NCBI GenBank assembly: GCA_030833985.1 | Contig: JAURGC010000001.1 | Span: forward strand, 1 to 54,185 | Length of the DNA stretch: 54,185 nucleotides | DNA from: Algoriphagus sp. | GTDB taxonomy: Bacteria; Bacteroidota; Bacteroidia; Cytophagales; Cyclobacteriaceae | Direction: 5' to 3' | Shown: in pieces, positions 49,831-54,185 of the stretch | How the letters are laid out: each line of letters begins with the position of its first letter | Numbering within the stretch: the first letter of the stretch is position 1 | The notes under the pieces: generated by a model | What the model was told of the DNA's origin: nothing | What the model saw: only the letters and a program-made list of their open reading frames with translations | Database searches by the model: none | Position numbers and translations under genes: made by a program

Positions 49831-50922
49831 ATGACCGCTCAAATTAACGGCAATTATTTAGAAAAATATGCCATTGCTTATGCAGAATTGGTTTGTAACC
49901 AGTTTTTCAATGATAGGCAATTTATCACGGGGCAAGAGATCATCCAACTTACGCCAAGTACTCAAGTAAATTTTTTTATTATCAAACGCTTGTTTGAATT
50001 GTGGCAAGAGGAATTGGGAAAGCTGAAGTCTAGCCCTTTTTTCGATTACCGAGATATTGCTGTTCATGAGGCCCTCACCCAATTCATGAATGTGCTCTCT
50101 AGGCGAATTAAAGTCGAGCGGATTCATTTAGAAGGGATATTACAAGTTGCGGTTCAAAAATCAATTCAAGTGGCCACTGACCCCGTCACTTTTTATCAAC
50201 AGGAAGTTGCCAAAGCCCCTGCTGGAAAAATTAATGAATACCTCAAGGAGAATAAAAAATACTACAAATGGAATGAGAAGCTGGTAACTTCTTTAATTGA
50301 CAAAGCGGGGATAGGGATTGAGGTTGCTAGTTATTGTCAAGCAATTGAAATGAACTTTAAGGCACTTGAAGGGAGCTTAGATGCGATGCATGAATTAATC
50401 GCAACGATAGGAGAGACACTAGTTTTTGATCTTGTGACGTATAGGGGAGAAGAAATAGGCGGGCAACTATCAGCTGAAGAAGAAGGTAGTCAAGCAGAAA
50501 AAGAAGAGGTAGAACCCATTCAAGGTACTATAGAGACCCTCCCAGACCATGGCGCTTCTTCCCTTTCTACTTCAAATGAAAGCGGAAAAAGCCCTGATTC
50601 ACCTCCTTTCACTACTCAAGAATTGGATCCTGTTCGTTTGAAAGCACTATTTGAGACCGAATCTTACCGTGGAATGAAGGGGATTTTAGGCCAATTGTCA
50701 GAAAGTCTAGCGTTAAATCAGCGGTTTATGTTTACCAAGGAACTTTTTGATGGAAATGCGGACTTACTTCGCCATGCCTTAAAATCTATAGATGATGTAG
50801 CGACCTTTGAAGAGGCTGTTGCCTTAATCAACGGACGTTTTGTGGTTGAATTGGGTTGGAATTGTGAATCTGAGGAGGTGTTGGAATTTATGCAGCAGGT
50901 CTACCGAAAATTTGTTAGTTAA
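49831..50922 (+). CDS. Hypothetical protein (helical N domain, acidic linker, compact C domain)
   Basis: 363-aa ORF ending at a terminator; C-terminal LALNQRFMFTKELFDGN. Confidence 0.75.
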   Translation: MTAQINGNYLEKYAIAYAELVCNQFFNDRQFITGQEIIQLTPSTQVNFFIIKRLFELWQEELGKLKSSPFFDYRDIAVHEALTQFMNVLSRRIKVERIHLEGILQVAVQKSIQVATDPVTFYQQEVAKAPAGKINEYLKENKKYYKWNEKLVTSLIDKAGIGIEVASYCQAIEMNFKALEGSLDAMHELIATIGETLVFDLVTYRGEEIGGQLSAEEEGSQAEKEEVEPIQGTIETLPDHGASSLSTSNESGKSPDSPPFTTQELDPVRLKALFETESYRGMKGILGQLSESLALNQRFMFTKELFDGNADLLRHALKSIDDVATFEEAVALINGRFVVELGWNCESEEVLEFMQQVYRKFVS

Positions 50923-50927
50923 CGTTT

Positions 50928-50975
50928 AACCTAAAAAAGGAGGGGCAAGAATTCTTGCCCCTCCTTTTTTAGGTT
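50928..50975. terminator. Bidirectional terminator; perfect 48-bp palindrome
   Basis: AACCTAAAAAAGGAGGGGCAAGAA|TTCTTGCCCCTCCTTTTTTAGGTT. Confidence 0.85.
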
Positions 50976-50990
50976 TCCACATTATCCTGT

Positions 50991-52265
50991 CTAGTTGATT
51001 CTTCCCAACTGAGATGCCCGAGACGAATCTAACTTGATGAAGATAAAAAGTAAAATCGTAAAGGACCAAAGAGAAGACCCCCCGTAGCTAAAGAAAGGAA
51101 GAGGAATTCCAACCACAGGAAATAATCCAATGGTCATGGAAATATTGATCATAAAGTGAAAAAGTAGAATAGAGATTACTCCATAGCCATAAATTCTAGA
51201 GAATCGTGTCTTTTGTCGTTCGGCCATGATGACTAAGCGGTAAAGTAAGCCTGCAAAAAGGCCTATGACTACTACACTTCCCAACCAGCCAAACTCTTCT
51301 CCTAGTGTACAGAAGATAAAATCAGTGTCTTGTTCGGGAACAAAATCAAACTTTGTTTGGGTACCTTCTAAGTATCCTTTCCCAAATAAGCCCCCAGATC
51401 CAATCGCAATTTTGGATTGAGTAACGTTCCAGCCTACACCAAGAGGATCAATTTCAGGGTTGAAAAGTACCATGACTCTATTTTGTTGGTGAATTGGGAG
51501 TTTAGACACCACAAAATCAATAGAGTAGATGTAGGCAATGAGTCCAATTCCGATCAAGGAAAAAGCTAGAATTCGTTGCCAGGATTTTTTTCCCAGGTAG
51601 ATTAAGGCGCCTACCATTGCCACAATAAAAGCCGCGAGGTACAAGTTGTTTTCGACGCCTAAAGCCAGTAGGGTAATGGCGATGGCTCCTAATCCTACTC
51701 CAAAATACCATTGAGGAAGACCCTCTCGGTAGAACATCAGTAAAAATGAAAAATATACCATGGCGGTGCCGGTATCGGGTTGCAGTAGAATCAATCCGAT
51801 AGGGACTAATAGGACCAAAAAAGCGATAATTTGGTAATTGCGTTTACTTAATTCAAAGGTGGGCCGTTCCATCACCTTAGCCAATGCCAATGCAGTGGCA
51901 AACTTTGTAAATTCACCCGGCTGGATTCTGAATTCTCCGACTCCTATAGATAAAATTTGGCCATTCACTTCCTTTCCAAAAAAGGGCGTAAGTACGAGAA
52001 TGAGTAAAAATAGCAGGTAGATGACAAGCGATAAATTTTCAAAAAAGCGGTAGTCTGCCACCATGATTATGGTAATCAAGCCAATGGAAGTGCCAATCCA
52101 TATCAATTGCTTGCCAGAGCTGATGGAAAAATCGAAGATGCTTTTTTCCACTTGGCTATCGAAGACAACGGCATAAATGTTAAACCAGCCGATCATGACT
52201 AAAACAAAATAGATGGATACGGCAATCCAATCTACTCGATTGATTTGAACATCAGTTTCTTTCAT
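50991..52265 (-). CDS. rodA: Rod shape-determining protein RodA (SEDS family)
   Basis: IQPGEFTK, LQPDTGT, QSKIAIGSGG, VPEQDTDFIF, GIPLPFFSYGGSS; downstream of PBP2. Confidence 0.95.
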   Translation of the reverse strand: MKETDVQINRVDWIAVSIYFVLVMIGWFNIYAVVFDSQVEKSIFDFSISSGKQLIWIGTSIGLITIIMVADYRFFENLSLVIYLLFLLILVLTPFFGKEVNGQILSIGVGEFRIQPGEFTKFATALALAKVMERPTFELSKRNYQIIAFLVLLVPIGLILLQPDTGTAMVYFSFLLMFYREGLPQWYFGVGLGAIAITLLALGVENNLYLAAFIVAMVGALIYLGKKSWQRILAFSLIGIGLIAYIYSIDFVVSKLPIHQQNRVMVLFNPEIDPLGVGWNVTQSKIAIGSGGLFGKGYLEGTQTKFDFVPEQDTDFIFCTLGEEFGWLGSVVVIGLFAGLLYRLVIMAERQKTRFSRIYGYGVISILLFHFMINISMTIGLFPVVGIPLPFFSYGGSSLWSFTILLFIFIKLDSSRASQLGRIN

Positions 52266-54068
52266 TTAATAGACAAAATTACCTGCAAGTACATAATCTT
52301 GGAGTTCGGTTCTAGCAACAGTTCTTCGGAGGTACTTTTCAATCATAAGCGATGCCGTAGTAGCTGCCGCGCGTCCACCCCAACCTGCATTTTCTACATA
52401 AACAGCAATAGCTATTTTTGGGTCATCTTTAGGGGCAAATGCAATGAATACGGAATGATCTTCTCCATGCGGATTTTGGGCTGTTCCTGTTTTGCCTGCA
52501 ATGACCAGGTCCTTCATTACTGCTCGAGGAGCAGTTCCATAAATTGCTTCTGCCATTGCATCTTGGATTAGATCGAAATGGTGTGGGTCTACTCCTACAG
52601 TATGCTTTTCTTGGAATTTTCTTGGGATTTGTTTCGGATCTCCATTGATAGCTTTCACCAAGTGCGGGGTGTAATAGTACCCTTTGTTGGCAAATATTGC
52701 CGCAAGGTTTGCCATTTGAAGTGGTGTGACTTCCATTTCCCCTTGTCCAATTGATAAGGAATAAATAGTAGAATACTTCCACCTTCCTTCTCCATAGATC
52801 CGGTCATAGAGTTTGCTCGAAGGGACATTTCCTCCTTTTTCTCCACTCATGTCTATACTTAACGGTGCTCCCAAACCAAATTTTAGTACTTTTTCTCGCC
52901 ATGCATTTAATCCAATTTCCGTGTCTTTAAAGGTATTTGAGGAAACATCTTGATTGATAATCTGACGGAAAGCTTGATGGTAATAGGGGTTGCATGAATT
53001 TCGGATTGCCCCAAACAGGTTTACAGGACTTGGATGGTTGTGGCAAGCGACTAAGGACCGGTTGCAGGCAAAAGTGGTATTAGGGGTTAAAATCCCTTCC
53101 TGTAATCCAATCAAGCTCTGTACGATCTTGAATATGGACCCGGGAGGATAAGTTGCCATAATGGGGCGATTGAATAAGGGTTTGGATGCATCCTTATTGA
53201 GCTTGCTGTAAGTTTTTCCAAATGCCGCTCCAGTAAGTTCATTTGGGTTGTAGAAAGGCGCGGATAGCATAGCCAAGATTTCCCCCGTTTTTGGTTCTAT
53301 TGCCACCACTGAACCAGTCTTACCGCTCATCAGAAGCTCTCCATAAGCCTGTAATTCTAGATCTAGGGTGGAAGTTAGGTTTTTGCCGGCAAAGGAAAGG
53401 GTATCGTATTGTCCTTGCTTAAATGGACCCTTATCTACCCCTCGCACATTTACCATCTTGTATTTGACCCCTTTTTTACCTCTTAGTTCGTTTTCATAGT
53501 ATTTTTCTAACCCACTCAGTCCAATGTAATCACCTTGTGAATAATACAATAAAGTGTCTTTTTTTAGCTGTCCTGCACTAATCTCCCCTAGGTATCCTAA
53601 GGCATGAGCAGCTATGGGGCTAGGATAGGATCTGACAGAACGGGTAAGGATAAATAGACCAGGATAATCCACCAAAAAATCTTGAATTCTCGCAAAGTCC
53701 TTTGTGGACAACTGCTTGATTAATGGAGATGGTTTTACTCTAGAATAGGATTTTGCTGCATTGTAACCTTCGATAAGCTCGTCCTTACTGATGCGGAATA
53801 GATCACAAAAGCGTGTAGTATCGCCCACTTGAAATTCTCGAGGAACCACCATTAAATCAAAAATGGGGTCATTAAAAACCAGTAGTTTACCAGTGCGGTC
53901 ATAAACCAAACCTCGGTAAGGATGATCGACTACTCGTTGAATGGCATTGCTTTCAGCTCTTCTTAAAAAGCTGTCATCTACCACCTGGATGGTAAAAAGT
54001 TTAAGTAACAATACCGAACTCACCAAGAAAATGACTAATACGATTACGGCAGCACGCTGGTCTCTCAT
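52266..54068 (-). CDS. mrdA: Penicillin-binding protein 2
   Basis: RGLVYDRTG, PPGSIFK (SxxK), SCN, KTGTAQ. Confidence 0.95.
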   Translation of the reverse strand: MRDQRAAVIVLVIFLVSSVLLLKLFTIQVVDDSFLRRAESNAIQRVVDHPYRGLVYDRTGKLLVFNDPIFDLMVVPREFQVGDTTRFCDLFRISKDELIEGYNAAKSYSRVKPSPLIKQLSTKDFARIQDFLVDYPGLFILTRSVRSYPSPIAAHALGYLGEISAGQLKKDTLLYYSQGDYIGLSGLEKYYENELRGKKGVKYKMVNVRGVDKGPFKQGQYDTLSFAGKNLTSTLDLELQAYGELLMSGKTGSVVAIEPKTGEILAMLSAPFYNPNELTGAAFGKTYSKLNKDASKPLFNRPIMATYPPGSIFKIVQSLIGLQEGILTPNTTFACNRSLVACHNHPSPVNLFGAIRNSCNPYYHQAFRQIINQDVSSNTFKDTEIGLNAWREKVLKFGLGAPLSIDMSGEKGGNVPSSKLYDRIYGEGRWKYSTIYSLSIGQGEMEVTPLQMANLAAIFANKGYYYTPHLVKAINGDPKQIPRKFQEKHTVGVDPHHFDLIQDAMAEAIYGTAPRAVMKDLVIAGKTGTAQNPHGEDHSVFIAFAPKDDPKIAIAVYVENAGWGGRAAATTASLMIEKYLRRTVARTELQDYVLAGNFVY

Positions 54069-54185
54069 AAAATTCCTCTTTTACGTTTAAAGAACAACAG
54101 TTGGACTAAAATGGTGAGGAAAAAGGTGAATACCGAAGAGAAAAAGCTTTTACTAACAACGGAAATGAAAGTTCCTGTACCCCAA
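54065..54185 (-). CDS. mreD: 3' end of probable rod shape-determining protein MreD (truncated by the window)
   Basis: WGTGTFISVVSKSFFSSVFTFFLTILVQLLFFKRKRGIL*, hydrophobic, ATGA overlap with mrdA; assignment mainly by synteny. Confidence 0.65.
   Translation of the reverse strand, partial: WGTGTFISVVSKSFFSSVFTFFLTILVQLLFFKRKRGIL

Noticed and set aside
1-54185. CRISPR arrays, IS elements, prophage, rRNA, recognisable riboswitches
   Set aside because: No regularly spaced repeats, transposase/integrase/phage genes or recognisable aptamer consensus seen by eye; a cmscan run would be needed to exclude weak RNA motifs.

Overview
Core-genome segment of a Bacteroidota bacterium. Gene content, TAnnTTTG promoters and protein style suggest Cytophagia, Algoriphagus/Cyclobacteriaceae-like; this assignment is an inference. 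Genes in order: gltD-gltB, gldE-ssb-mutY, HU/IHF-TPR-bS22-RNase E/G, DUF3127, an ECF sigma factor with a small partner, aldehyde dehydrogenase, rluF, M23 peptidase, aspS, YhhN, an Oar-type TonB-dependent receptor, a hydrolase-RND-TolC operon, an MltF-like protein, RidA-GntP, DUF4105/Lnb, uvrB-AlbA_2(Schlafen), an ACC-deaminase-like enzyme, rluD, a 1453-aa repeat protein, rho, recO-tdk-ferredoxin and rodA-mrdA-mreD. I saw no mobile element or CRISPR array. The most unusual signal is in the AT-rich gap at 40860-41750, which holds two tandem tRNA-like RNA genes, each with its own promoter and terminator. One is a 139-nt cloverleaf with a Leu-type D arm, GUC anticodon, U37 and a 70-nt structured variable region. 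The other is a 106-nt AT-rich apparent paralogue that keeps only the acceptor stem and T arm, with a compensatory base-pair change. The ORF track also missed a 29-aa ribosomal protein (bS22-like). All identifications are by eye; no database searches were run.
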